IMG/VR virus record: IMGVR_UViG_3300026274_000001 | Strand: one strand, 5' to 3' | Length of the DNA stretch: 64,000 nt | DNA from: a virus | Taxonomy: Duplodnaviria > Caudoviricetes | Shown: one piece after another, positions 27,994 to 37,352 of the stretch | Layout of the letters: every line of letters begins with the position of its first letter | Numbering within the stretch: position 1 is the first letter of the stretch | Notes under the pieces: model-generated | Database searches by the model: none | What the model was told of the DNA's origin: nothing | Seen by the model: the letters and a program-made list of their open reading frames with translations, nothing else | Program-made: the position numbers and the translations under genes

Positions 27994-29256
27994 ATGTCAG
28001 ACGTCGACCAAAATCTACATTGCTCTTTTTGTAAAAAAGGAGCCCAAGAAGTAAAGAAGCTTATCGCTGGCCCAGAGTCAGTTCACATTTGTGACGAATG
28101 CGTATCATTGTGCTACAGTATTCTTAATGATACAGAACAGGCCTCATCTAAGCCAGCAGAAACGAAAACAGATTTGGGCGATATTCCAAGTCCGGCAAAA
28201 ATCAAAGGGTTCCTTGACCAATATGTTATTGGTCAAGATTACGCTAAGATGGTTATTTCAGTTGCCGTTCATAATCATTATATGCGTCTCCAAAACCCCA
28301 TCATTGATGAGGTTGAAATCGAGAAGAGTAATATCCTGGTGCTTGGTCCGACCGGGTCAGGTAAGACATTACTTGCGCAGTCAATTGCTCGTTGTTTGAG
28401 CGTTCCGTTTGCTATCGCGGACTCAACTGGCCTCACAGAAGCTGGTTATGTTGGTGATGACGTGGAAAGTATTGTCAGTCGTTTGTTACAGAACGCTGGT
28501 GGTGATGTGAAGAAAGCTGAACAGGGTATCATTTACCTTGACGAAATCGACAAGAAGAGCAAGAAGGATTCAGCTTCTGGCTCACGTGACGTTTCCGGCG
28601 AAGGGGTACAGCAAGCACTGCTGAAGATTATTGAAGGTTCTGATATTATGGTATCGGCGGGTGGCAAGAAAGGGCCAAATGCTGAACAAGTTAAAATCAA
28701 TACTAGAAATATTTTGTTTATCGTTGGTGGTGCATTCGTGGGTGTTGAGAAGGTAGTTGAGAAAGCTTTGAACAAAAACAAGGGTCTTGGATTTGGTGCA
28801 AACTTGAACGACCAGAAGATTGACATAAATGATTTACTGCGTAAAGTTGAACCATCACATTTGATGAACTACGGTATAATTCCTGAACTTATTGGCCGTT
28901 TGCCAGTTATTGCTCCTTTGCAAGAATTGTCAACAGATCAAATGGTTCGTGTATTGACTGAACCCAAAAATGCAATTGTCAAACAATTTGCAAAAATGTT
29001 TAAACTTGAAGGCGTCGAACTTGAAATCACACCAGAGGCCCTGGCTGAGATATCAGAAATCGCAATCAAGCGCAAGACTGGTGCTCGTGGATTACGTTCC
29101 ATCCTCGAAAATAACCTGATTGCAACACAATTTAAGTTGCCAGATCTAGTTGCTGCGGGCGCGACTAAAATTCTAGTAACTCTTGAAACAATCCGTGAAG
29201 GGAAAGAGCCGCAAATCCTTTATGGCAATGATAACAAATCAATTGCGACTCAATAA
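27994..29256 (+). CDS. clpX: ClpX AAA+ unfoldase
   Basis: C4 zinc finger CSFC..CDEC, GPTGSGKT, GYVG, DEIDK, RDVSGEGVQ, LGF loop, GARGLR. Confidence 0.97.
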   Translation: MSDVDQNLHCSFCKKGAQEVKKLIAGPESVHICDECVSLCYSILNDTEQASSKPAETKTDLGDIPSPAKIKGFLDQYVIGQDYAKMVISVAVHNHYMRLQNPIIDEVEIEKSNILVLGPTGSGKTLLAQSIARCLSVPFAIADSTGLTEAGYVGDDVESIVSRLLQNAGGDVKKAEQGIIYLDEIDKKSKKDSASGSRDVSGEGVQQALLKIIEGSDIMVSAGGKKGPNAEQVKINTRNILFIVGGAFVGVEKVVEKALNKNKGLGFGANLNDQKIDINDLLRKVEPSHLMNYGIIPELIGRLPVIAPLQELSTDQMVRVLTEPKNAIVKQFAKMFKLEGVELEITPEALAEISEIAIKRKTGARGLRSILENNLIATQFKLPDLVAAGATKILVTLETIREGKEPQILYGNDNKSIATQ

Positions 29257-29266
29257 CGAGGAAATA

Positions 29267-29803
29267 GTGACACCAAAATTGGAAATGAACGAGCGAATCA
29301 CAAGTCAAAAGGTTCGCTTGATTGACGCACAAGGCGTTCAAAAGGGCGTAGTCAGCATTCGAGACGCCCTGTATCAAGCACGACAAGCTAATCTGGATCT
29401 GGTGAAGATTGCAGAAGCAAACCCGCCCGTTTGTAAGATTGTCGACGCTGGTAAATACGTCTATGAGCAAGACAAGGCAAAGAAAGAACTTGCGAAGAAG
29501 CAGCGTGCAAATGCTGTGGAACTCAAAGAGGTTCAGTTGCGTCCAACCACCGACCTGAATGACATCAAAATCAAGGCACGTAAAGCACGTGAATTTTTGG
29601 AAGATGGCGATAAGGTGAAAGTTGTCATGCGTTTCCGTGGTCGAGAAATCACCCACAAAGAAGTTGGCCAAGCAGTCATCAACCAATTCATCAAAGAACT
29701 TGGTGAAGTGCGTATGGAGCAGCCTGTCACCCAGCAGGGCAACCAAATTACGGCGCTAATCGCCCCGGCAAAGAAAGAAGCCAAACAGGAAAAGGCAGCT
29801 TAA
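29267..29803 (+). CDS. infC: Translation initiation factor IF-3
   Basis: NERITSQKVRLID, PPVCKIVDAGKY, KEVQLRP..DLND..IK, GDKVKVVMRFRGRE; GAGGA then GTG. Confidence 0.95.
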   Translation: MTPKLEMNERITSQKVRLIDAQGVQKGVVSIRDALYQARQANLDLVKIAEANPPVCKIVDAGKYVYEQDKAKKELAKKQRANAVELKEVQLRPTTDLNDIKIKARKAREFLEDGDKVKVVMRFRGREITHKEVGQAVINQFIKELGEVRMEQPVTQQGNQITALIAPAKKEAKQEKAA

Positions 29804-29939
29804 CCAACTTTTAGCTGTACAAACAACCTGGAATTGCTTACCGTTAACTCTGTAGGTATTTCCAGGTTGTTTTCATTTGTGGCTTTACTTCTAGACTAGA
29901 TGAACATATCATCTAGTATCATTGCATAGGGAGTGAGTT

Positions 29940-30308
29940 ATGGTTGTTAAAATGATCATTAAGGAAATCGAGAAACGCGACGTGCTGGAACTAGCACCTG
30001 ATGAACTATCTGACGCGTTCGCTAACCGTTATGTGAATGATTTGTATAACGGTCGACATCTGAGAATCACATGTGAGGAAGCTGTCGATACCTTCATCTA
30101 TGTTTCCGAAACCGCCCACCCGAAAAGCAGAAATTCAATCTCCGACGACCACCGTCTGAAACTCATTTACGATCTCGAGAGCAACCTCAAATCTGGGCTG
30201 CTCAGCAACGGAATCGAAGGAGCAAGCAATTCAATCTATCATACAATTTCAATGGTCGCTCGCGCGGTCTTGTCAACCGAACGCAAATTGAAGGTAGTTA
30301 GGCGCTGA
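29940..30308 (+). CDS. Hypothetical protein
   Basis: GGGAG RBS, 122 aa; C-terminus LKVVRR. Confidence 0.7.
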   Translation: MVVKMIIKEIEKRDVLELAPDELSDAFANRYVNDLYNGRHLRITCEEAVDTFIYVSETAHPKSRNSISDDHRLKLIYDLESNLKSGLLSNGIEGASNSIYHTISMVARAVLSTERKLKVVRR

Positions 30309-30310
30309 AT

Positions 30311-30691
30311 ATGACCATCCCGTTCACCCACAAAGCTTTCGAGGATCTCCTTATGGAAGATTCCGAACGAGGTATGAAGGCCGTGGGTAGAGCATTGATA
30401 GCGCTGACCGAACTGCAAACTGAATACGAACGACGAACCAATCAATCGGTTAATCACAACCATAAAGGGTTCAATGCAGTTGACGCTAGGATAGGGATGG
30501 ACAATGCAGATCACTTCAGACGCTTTGGTTTCCTGCAACCCGTGCAACTTCGGTACTGGCGAAAACAAGATAAATTCGGAAATGTAAGAATTTGTAAATA
30601 CATTGAACAGCTCATAATAATCGCAAAAAGAAAAGCTGGCTATGTGGAAAAGCAGGAACCACAGGCTGTTCAATTGAGCTTACCGTTGTAA
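30311..30691 (+). CDS. Conserved phage hypothetical protein
   Basis: RALIALTELQTEYE..NHKGFNAVDA pattern. Confidence 0.7.
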   Translation: MTIPFTHKAFEDLLMEDSERGMKAVGRALIALTELQTEYERRTNQSVNHNHKGFNAVDARIGMDNADHFRRFGFLQPVQLRYWRKQDKFGNVRICKYIEQLIIIAKRKAGYVEKQEPQAVQLSLPL

Positions 30692-30715
30692 CCAGACATA
30701 CTACCGGGGACTATA

Positions 30716-30916
30716 ATGACAACAGTACAGAAAAGCCTTGACTCAAGTGAAGATTCATCTTACATTGACTACATGGCAGCAGAAATTTACGGTGATGCAA
30801 GCTTGTTAGGAAGAGCAGACATCATCTACAGTAACGGACATGCAACAGAACAGCTTGATATGCGCGAACGTGTTGATATTTTTGCAACACCACACGACAA
30901 TCTCAAGAATCTTTAA
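30716..30916 (+). CDS. Hypothetical protein (doubtful; overlaps promoter-like sequence)
   Basis: 66-aa ORF, weak RBS. Confidence 0.35.
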   Translation: MTTVQKSLDSSEDSSYIDYMAAEIYGDASLLGRADIIYSNGHATEQLDMRERVDIFATPHDNLKNL

Positions 30917-30940
30917 TTCCGAAAGGAGCAGCAAACGGAG

Positions 30941-31402
30941 GTGCGTATCATGGGTGAACGATTGGGTGCGGAAATTGCAGGTGGTGTGGTCGGCGGCGCC
31001 GTGTTCTTCGCTGGATGGGGCCTGGCAAAACTGCTTACCGCTCCCTTCCGTCATTCCCATAACGCAATGAAGAACGAAATCCACGCTAGTCAAGAACGAG
31101 TGTCCCAAACTCGAACAGTGACGAAGACATGTTTCTTCTTCCAAGCAACGCAAAACACCCAAGAGTACGACGAATACGATATCGGTAATATGATCGAAGC
31201 AGATCAGAAATGGAAAGCTGATGCACCCCGTCGTCAAGCAGATGCAGAACTCAACATGGTGTTCGCCCATGCAAGAGAACAACAAATCCAAGCAGAAGGC
31301 GGATACCCGTGGCAACGTCAAGCAGCTTGGGATGCTGAAAAGGCAAGAAAACAAGCAATCAGGAAAGAAAAAGGCTGGATCGTAGCACTGTTCGCAAAGT
31401 AA
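30941..31402 (+). CDS. Hypothetical protein with N-terminal TM helix
   Basis: GGAGG RBS; hydrophobic aa 11-35. Confidence 0.65.
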   Translation: MRIMGERLGAEIAGGVVGGAVFFAGWGLAKLLTAPFRHSHNAMKNEIHASQERVSQTRTVTKTCFFFQATQNTQEYDEYDIGNMIEADQKWKADAPRRQADAELNMVFAHAREQQIQAEGGYPWQRQAAWDAEKARKQAIRKEKGWIVALFAK

Positions 31403-31652
31403 TTCGTAGCATCGAAGACCTCCTAGCTTCCGGACCATTACGGATTACTCAGGAGGTCTTCACCATTCAATCCACCCTCACTAAAATCTTTCACGAATCC
31501 TTCAGGAACATTCATGGAGGTTAATGATAGCTCTCTTTACTATGACGAAACCCAGGGAGAACTATCAATTCTGGTCGACATAAACTATGTGTTCTCTCAT
31601 ACGCCATAAGCCATAAATATCCGTTGGGAGATTGTAACCCTCAGGAGAACAT

Positions 31653-32009
31653 ATGGAAGCAGGAACTACACTAGACAACCTCGTTGCCACCGAAGTATTT
31701 GGCTATGTGGTTGTTATCGATACCCAAAGTGGCGAGAATTATATCATGGGAAAAGATCACGTCAAGATTGATCTGCCCAAGTACAGTGAAGATATTGAAC
31801 AGGCTTATAAGATAACTGAACATCTTTATAAGTCTGGTTGGAATCTAAGTGTTAAGAACGAAATCATAGAAGGCCACAATCGCTGGCTAACAGCCTTCGT
31901 GAAGCAAGATGGTCGCCAGTACTTGCCCAGCTTGGCAGACAGCCTAGCAGTCGCCATATGCAAGGCAGGGGTAGCCGCAGCGATAGGACAGAACATTCGT
32001 AAAAGCTAA
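31653..32009 (+). CDS. Phage ABA-sandwich (BC1872-like) domain protein
   Basis: LDNLVATEVFGY...PKYSEDIEQAYKI..L...W...AICKA; AGGAG RBS. Confidence 0.7.
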   Translation: MEAGTTLDNLVATEVFGYVVVIDTQSGENYIMGKDHVKIDLPKYSEDIEQAYKITEHLYKSGWNLSVKNEIIEGHNRWLTAFVKQDGRQYLPSLADSLAVAICKAGVAAAIGQNIRKS

Positions 32010-32016
32010 GTCATAG

Positions 32017-32046
32017 AAAGAGCGAGACCATGGTCTCGCTCTTTTC
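32017..32046. terminator. Bidirectional terminator (28-bp perfect palindrome)
   Basis: AAAGAGCGAGACCATGGTCTCGCTCTTT between convergent genes. Confidence 0.8.
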
Positions 32047-32514
32047 TTATTCAGCGTCGTCTATGTCATCCCCACAACACAGCCGCTCGATCAGAAGATA
32101 ATTCTCATATGCTTCCTTGAGTGCCGGATAGTGTTCATGTTTGTCTAGTGCTGGTTCCAATATACACATACGGCGTTTCATGATCTTCATGAATTCAACC
32201 GCATCCACGACTTCATCTACCGAAACCTTTTTCGTCCCAGCAGCATTATTGAATGTAATTTGGCCACTCATGGCATTATTGACATATTGAGTAGTAGCAA
32301 TTTGCGTACCAGTAAAAACAGGATTTGCGAGATATGAGCCACTCGATGCCAGTGGTACCCATCTGGTTCCATCCCATACTTCTTGATTGCCATTATTGTA
32401 ATAGATGTCACCCGCTCGTGGATTAGATGATCGAGCACTTGTTGATGCTCCTGATCCAGCCATTCCTGAGAAACCACCTTGAGTCATTGGATTAATATTA
32501 TAGTTTGTCGACAT
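32047..32514 (-). CDS. Hypothetical protein with fibre-like peptides and C-terminal helical domain
   Basis: GDIYYN..VWDGTRW, LANPVFTG, TQIATTQYV; RRMCILEP..YPALKEAYENY. Confidence 0.7.
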   Translation of the reverse strand: MSTNYNINPMTQGGFSGMAGSGASTSARSSNPRAGDIYYNNGNQEVWDGTRWVPLASSGSYLANPVFTGTQIATTQYVNNAMSGQITFNNAAGTKKVSVDEVVDAVEFMKIMKRRMCILEPALDKHEHYPALKEAYENYLLIERLCCGDDIDDAE

Positions 32515-32627
32515 ATTTTGCCTTCCTTGTTGATAATGTTATTGTACACATCATAAGCAGAAAGCAGTAATTGTGGCGCCGTATAAATCAGGTGACTAAC
32601 AATAAGAATAAAAACAAAGATAGCTCA

Positions 32628-33140
32628 ATGAATACAACAATCATTTCCAGTAGCCTGAGAAAGACATCAAGCTCGAACAAACTGGCATTCTATATAAACT
32701 TACGTGGTGAGCATATTGAAGCTCTAAATCTCAAAGAGAACAGAAACGTAGAAGTAACTAAAAATGGCGACCGATATAAGGTACGATTTCTAGCAAAGCC
32801 AACAGCACGATCTAGGGCACTACAATTCAAGACCGACCAGGGTGCATCTGTATATTTTGCACCAGAACTGTTCAAACTTAATCACACTGAGCAAGTGGCT
32901 GCCTTCCGTATGGAAGCAGAATATGTGGAGAACAGTATTGAATTTTTATTTGATCAAGAAGAATTCTTTAAACCACGAGCCACAGTTGCCGAGACTAAAA
33001 AGATTACTACTCCAGAAGAGAAAGCAGCCGCAACCTTTAAGGTGGATACAGCTTGGGCGGTAAAGGTGCAAGCTGAAATTGACGAGAAGATCGATGCATT
33101 AATTGCCAGTTCAATGAAGAAGAAATTTGAAGGTCGTTAA
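32628..33140 (+). CDS. Hypothetical protein
   Basis: 170 aa, TAATG coupling to next gene. Confidence 0.65.
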   Translation: MNTTIISSSLRKTSSSNKLAFYINLRGEHIEALNLKENRNVEVTKNGDRYKVRFLAKPTARSRALQFKTDQGASVYFAPELFKLNHTEQVAAFRMEAEYVENSIEFLFDQEEFFKPRATVAETKKITTPEEKAAATFKVDTAWAVKVQAEIDEKIDALIASSMKKKFEGR

Positions 33141-33856
33141 TGCCATCATCAGAACAACTTCAATCTATCGCTCAACAAGTAGCAGTACATGCCAAGTACA
33201 TCACCGACTTCCAACGCACGTTTGATTACGGTGAAGTTAAATTATATTCCGAGACTGCTGGTAAATTAGTAAGTCCTCCTGATAAGCTTCGAAGACTTAA
33301 CGATTTCCTTGCCGCCGCGTATGCCCACGCAATCGCCATATATGCAGATAGTGGTGACGATTGTATCGATCAATTTGGCAATGCAATCGAATTGAAACTC
33401 GCCTTTATCAAGGGTAAGGACATGCGAATGGGTAACAGTGGTAAAGCAATTGTTACCGGAGCGGGATCAGTCAGCTTCACTCATGCAGTCAATGCCAAAT
33501 TTCGAGTCTACAGTGGTACCGACAAGCAACATCATAACAAAGACACCGCACTGGTGTTGATGAGCTTAGACCATAATTGTTTCATCTCTGGGTTTATGCT
33601 TCCTGGTGAAGTCATTACTGACTTAGTTCATAGTGACACGAAAAATACGGTGCAACGTGATGTCTCTCTCAATTCTTTCATAAAATATGGTTATGAATTT
33701 GCCAGTAGTGTTCCCCATATTGGTTGGGGTGAATACTATGAAGCACTGCGCAACTTTATCAATGCGAAAGAAAAGAGATCACCAGAAGATGAGTGGGCCG
33801 CTGCCTATGCGAAATGGGTTAGTTTTGCGGACGAACGTAATTTGAAGCGTTTGTGA
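33140..33856 (+). CDS. Putative PD-(D/E)xK nuclease-fold protein
   Basis: GDDCIDQFGNAIELK resembles D-x(n)-E-x-K active site. Confidence 0.5.
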   Translation: MPSSEQLQSIAQQVAVHAKYITDFQRTFDYGEVKLYSETAGKLVSPPDKLRRLNDFLAAAYAHAIAIYADSGDDCIDQFGNAIELKLAFIKGKDMRMGNSGKAIVTGAGSVSFTHAVNAKFRVYSGTDKQHHNKDTALVLMSLDHNCFISGFMLPGEVITDLVHSDTKNTVQRDVSLNSFIKYGYEFASSVPHIGWGEYYEALRNFINAKEKRSPEDEWAAAYAKWVSFADERNLKRL

Positions 33857-33877
33857 CTCTGTGTTATAAATAGATTT

Positions 33878-33967
33878 GTAGGCGCTCACGATGAGTCCTA
33901 CAACTGGCAGCCCAATGTGGTGCCAAATTTAACATAATAAAACTCGCTTAATTAAGGAGCATATATG
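33878..33967 (+). promoter_or_regulatory. ROSE-like RNA thermometer in hsp20 5' UTR
   Basis: Two upstream hairpins plus CTCGCTT-aatt-AAGGAG hairpin with bulged G opposite the SD. Confidence 0.65.
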
Positions 33968-34372
33968 CCTTCAGATCTATTCGATCGTCTTTTCCGTTCA
34001 ACTATTGGTTTTGATTCATTAACCAACTTCGTCTCAACTCTCGACGTCTCCAACTATCCTCCGTACAACATTGAAAAGGTTGATGACCAACCGTTGTATG
34101 TAGTCACTATGGCAGTAGCAGGCTTTAGTAAGACTGAACTAGAGGTATCACTAGTTGATAATTTGCTAGTGATCAAGGGTGAAAAGAAAGCAACGCCGGA
34201 AGTAAAAAAAGAAATGCTACATCACGGATTGGCTTTCCGTAATTTCAAACGTGAATGGCAACTTGGTAAGAACGTCGAAGTAGAAAACGTATCACTTGTT
34301 GATGGCTTACTGGTAGTCGTCATCAAAGAGAACGAACCTGAGTACAAAACGAAGAAATTCGATATCAATTAA
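33965..34372 (+). CDS. hsp20: Small heat-shock protein (Hsp20/IbpA-like)
   Basis: YPPYNIEK, MAVAGFSKTEL, LHHGLAFRNFKREWQL, LVDGLL. Confidence 0.95.
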   Translation: MPSDLFDRLFRSTIGFDSLTNFVSTLDVSNYPPYNIEKVDDQPLYVVTMAVAGFSKTELEVSLVDNLLVIKGEKKATPEVKKEMLHHGLAFRNFKREWQLGKNVEVENVSLVDGLLVVVIKENEPEYKTKKFDIN

Positions 34373-34388
34373 TTGATAGTTTGACTCA

Positions 34389-34420
34389 AAAGAAACCCCG
34401 GTCTTTACTGGGGTTTCGTT
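34389..34420 (+). terminator. Intrinsic terminator
   Basis: GAAACCCCGG-tcttt-ACTGGGGTTTC then T-rich. Confidence 0.6.
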
Positions 34421-34485
34421 ATTTCTACGATACTTATTGCGATATGGCAATGCCATAGTTAGACTTGGCATAGGAGATTTTAACT

Positions 34486-35058
34486 ATGCATCGCATCTGT
34501 TTTATTGGCAACGCGGGTTCTGGCAAGACTACCCTAACTGCTGATGTATTCGTAGCACTGAAAAAGCAACATAAGAACGCTGAACAAGTTCCTGAATTCA
34601 TTCGATCAGACATTCAAAAGAATGGTCCTATGCGTAGCATTTGGGAACAGTATCGAACACGTAGCAAGCAAAAAGAGCTTGAGGACAACACGCCAGAAGT
34701 TGACTTCATGGTTACTGATAGTGGCATTCTGACGCCATACTTCTACGCTTGTCTGTATTCAGATAAGGCTGATCCACGTTCACGTCTTGTATTGTGCGAC
34801 ATGCACAATTATCTGCTGGAAGATTTGTACAACCGCAGATATTCCCATATCTTCTATTTGCCAATGGCAGAAACCTATGCCAAGAATCCAAAGATTCTGC
34901 AGGATGGTACTCGCTATCAAACAGTAGAAGAAATTCAAGCACTTGAGGCACACTTCAGCCTTGTATTCACTCAACACCACAACCTTGACAACATCTATGT
35001 TCTTGACTGTCCCTTGGAAGACAGACTGAACACAGTACTGGAAATAATCACAAAATGA
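34486..35058 (+). CDS. NadR-like P-loop ATPase/kinase (AAA_28-type)
   Basis: ICFIGNAGSGKTT, VPEFIR, VTDSG, DGTRYQ. Confidence 0.75.
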   Translation: MHRICFIGNAGSGKTTLTADVFVALKKQHKNAEQVPEFIRSDIQKNGPMRSIWEQYRTRSKQKELEDNTPEVDFMVTDSGILTPYFYACLYSDKADPRSRLVLCDMHNYLLEDLYNRRYSHIFYLPMAETYAKNPKILQDGTRYQTVEEIQALEAHFSLVFTQHHNLDNIYVLDCPLEDRLNTVLEIITK

Positions 35059-35384
35059 GTTACAACCTTTTCATCGACCCAACCAAAGAACCACAACGCG
35101 ACGGCAAAAAGTGGCAAACGGCTCGAAGCACAATTGCTGCTGAAAATATTATGAAGCAACTGGGTGCCCCACTGGCAATCTCAGTCAACTACGATCTTGG
35201 TAAGAACGAACCATATGGTGCTGAAATTGCTCGTTGGTTGGTACAACTGGATCTAAATTACAGCATTCTTAGCCATGATCTTGATATTGAAATTCATGGT
35301 GGTAGCGTAGTTGACGCAACGAATATGAAGACCATTCTGCGCAACTACTTGAAGTTTAAGTTCAAGGAAAAAGTAACTGCTTGA
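35055..35384 (+). CDS. Hypothetical protein
   Basis: ATGA-coupled, 109 aa. Confidence 0.7.
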   Translation: MSYNLFIDPTKEPQRDGKKWQTARSTIAAENIMKQLGAPLAISVNYDLGKNEPYGAEIARWLVQLDLNYSILSHDLDIEIHGGSVVDATNMKTILRNYLKFKFKEKVTA

Positions 35385-35409
35385 CAGGTTGCCATATAGG
35401 CAATAAACT
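35381..35409 (+). promoter_or_regulatory. sigma70-like promoter with TTGCCA box
   Basis: TTGACA-17-TAAACT; TTGCCA in spacer. Confidence 0.7.
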
Positions 35410-35435
35410 GGCGACTTTAGTACACCAAATTCAAT

Positions 35436-35729
35436 ATGACTACAGCAACGAAAACCACAACCAAGACTCGTTTCAAAGAGATTTCAATGTTCCAAGTGCT
35501 ATTGCACAATGATGACTATACTCCTATGGAGTTCGTGTCTGAGGTGCTGATGCAATTCTTTGGCAAGAACAAAGATGATGCTGATGCGATCATGCTTACG
35601 ATCCATGAAAAAGGTATGGGTGTTGCTGGTGTGTACACGAAGGAGATTGCAATGCAGAAAGCAACCGAGACAATGAAGACTGCAAAAATGTATGGCCACC
35701 CGTTGAAGGCTTCCGTTAAAGAAGCTTAA
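35436..35729 (+). CDS. clpS: N-degron adaptor ClpS
   Basis: VLLHNDDYTPMEFV, MLTIHEKGMGVAGVYTKEIA, HPL. Confidence 0.95.
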   Translation: MTTATKTTTKTRFKEISMFQVLLHNDDYTPMEFVSEVLMQFFGKNKDDADAIMLTIHEKGMGVAGVYTKEIAMQKATETMKTAKMYGHPLKASVKEA

Positions 35730-35746
35730 ACAAATCGAGCCTAAAT

Positions 35747-35780
35747 AAAAGAGCTGAATATTTAGTTATTCAGCTCTTTT
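35747..35780 (+). terminator. Intrinsic terminator
   Basis: AAAAGAGCTGAATA...TATTCAGCTCTTTT. Confidence 0.7.
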
Positions 35781-35843
35781 ACATTTTGCGTATTAAACGG
35801 GATACGACTATAATAAAGAAATTACCGTTGGATAATAAAAATA

Positions 35844-37352
35844 ATGATAAAACACCCGAAAGGATATGCCGCGTTTACTCCGAGCATATCCCAGATGTAT
35901 GTATTGGCGCATGCTAAAGAATGGCCCCGTCAACCCCTACCTTTTGGTCCCTTGGATTTCCTAGATCCGAAAAATGCCGATCTCTTTCACCATCAGTTTG
36001 CTCTTTATTCTGCTGGCCACGCTTATTTGGATCCAGCAAAAAGCGATGAGAAAGAACCTATGGTGCAATTGCGCGACCGTTCAAAGACCGTAATGGTCGG
36101 TGATTCGGGTGGGTTCCAGGCAGCAACTGGCGTTCTAGACTTTGATTGGAAAAATCCACTCGGTGAGAAAGCAAATGAGCAGCGTCTCGCATTGATGAAT
36201 TGGCTTGAGCATACAGCTGATTACAGTATGATTCTAGACTGGCCAGCATGGGCGATTACTGCTGGTAAGGCACTATTGCCTGAACAATTATTCCACTTTG
36301 ACCCCTCGACTGGTGAACCAAGTCAAGACGTGTTCAGGAACTGTCTGAATGGTACAGTATGGAATAATGAATTCTTCATGAAGCATAGAACACCAGGTAA
36401 GACAAAGTTCCTGAATGTTTTGCAAGGTCGCAGCATTGAGGAAACTAATATTTGGTTTGATGCTGTTACACCATTCAGTGACACCAAGAAGTACGGCGAT
36501 CGCGCATTCGAGGGCTGGGCACTTGGAGGTTCAACGGGAGGCGATCCAGCGGTCACCATGCGTCTGCTGATTAAGTTGCGGGATAAGGGACTACTTGACG
36601 GTGACGATCGCTGGATTCACGTCCTAGGGCGTTCACGTCTTACAACTGCTGCTTACTTGACTTCAGTCAATCGCGCACTGACGGAATTTGTCAATCCAAA
36701 TATTCAAGTAAGTTATGATGCAGCCAGTGCATTTTTGTATGCAGTGAATGGCAATTATGTTGTAGATTGGCAAGTCAATGATAAGAGCTTGAATCTTATC
36801 AGTACTGAATTCCCAATGCATGAGAAATATATTGGTAGCGATACTCCATTCATCTATAACGGCGTGAAGTCAGATCGATTGCATTCAGCAGAACACTATA
36901 AGAGTCCAATCAGCAAGCAATTGAAGATGGGTGATTTTATTCTTCAAGCAGAACCTGATGCAAAGAAGAAATATCGTATGGATACTGCCAGCTATTTTTA
37001 CATCATGGCGCACAATGTTCAAATGCAAATTGCCGCTATCAATGATGTATCGGAAAAGATGGCTAGTCCTGATGCAGCAAATCACGTACCGACAATCTTT
37101 ATTGAATTTGATGAATTTGTACGTGAGTTGTTTGTGACCGAAAAGCCATTCGAATTAATTGATAAGCATGCAAATAAATTCAGTAACTTGATTTCTGGTG
37201 AGCGTCCTGGCGTTAGCGCAATGGAAGACCCTATTTTGTTCCCTAAAGAACTAAAGACCATGGAAGAGATTGAAGATCGAGTTCGACGCAAGAAACCAGT
37301 TAAGGTAGTTCCAAAGAAGATGGAAAGTTTGTTGAGTAACATTCTCAAGTAA
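35844..37352 (+). CDS. TGT/DpdA-fold guanine transglycosylase-like protein
   Basis: GDSGGFQ, LDWP, NVLQG, GWALGG, WIHVLG, SYDAAS, AHN; no CxCxxC zinc motif. Confidence 0.8.
   Translation: MIKHPKGYAAFTPSISQMYVLAHAKEWPRQPLPFGPLDFLDPKNADLFHHQFALYSAGHAYLDPAKSDEKEPMVQLRDRSKTVMVGDSGGFQAATGVLDFDWKNPLGEKANEQRLALMNWLEHTADYSMILDWPAWAITAGKALLPEQLFHFDPSTGEPSQDVFRNCLNGTVWNNEFFMKHRTPGKTKFLNVLQGRSIEETNIWFDAVTPFSDTKKYGDRAFEGWALGGSTGGDPAVTMRLLIKLRDKGLLDGDDRWIHVLGRSRLTTAAYLTSVNRALTEFVNPNIQVSYDAASAFLYAVNGNYVVDWQVNDKSLNLISTEFPMHEKYIGSDTPFIYNGVKSDRLHSAEHYKSPISKQLKMGDFILQAEPDAKKKYRMDTASYFYIMAHNVQMQIAAINDVSEKMASPDAANHVPTIFIEFDEFVRELFVTEKPFELIDKHANKFSNLISGERPGVSAMEDPILFPKELKTMEEIEDRVRRKKPVKVVPKKMESLLSNILK

Noticed and set aside
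29165-29746. 193-aa minus-strand ORF
   Set aside because: Antisense shadow of infC
30806-31438. 210-aa minus-strand ORF
   Set aside because: Antisense to 30941..31402, which has an RBS; composition atypical
31413-31461. GAAGACCTCCT...AGGAGGTCTTC inverted repeat as ncRNA
   Set aside because: Single hairpin without U tract or further support; cannot assign beyond possible terminator or processing site
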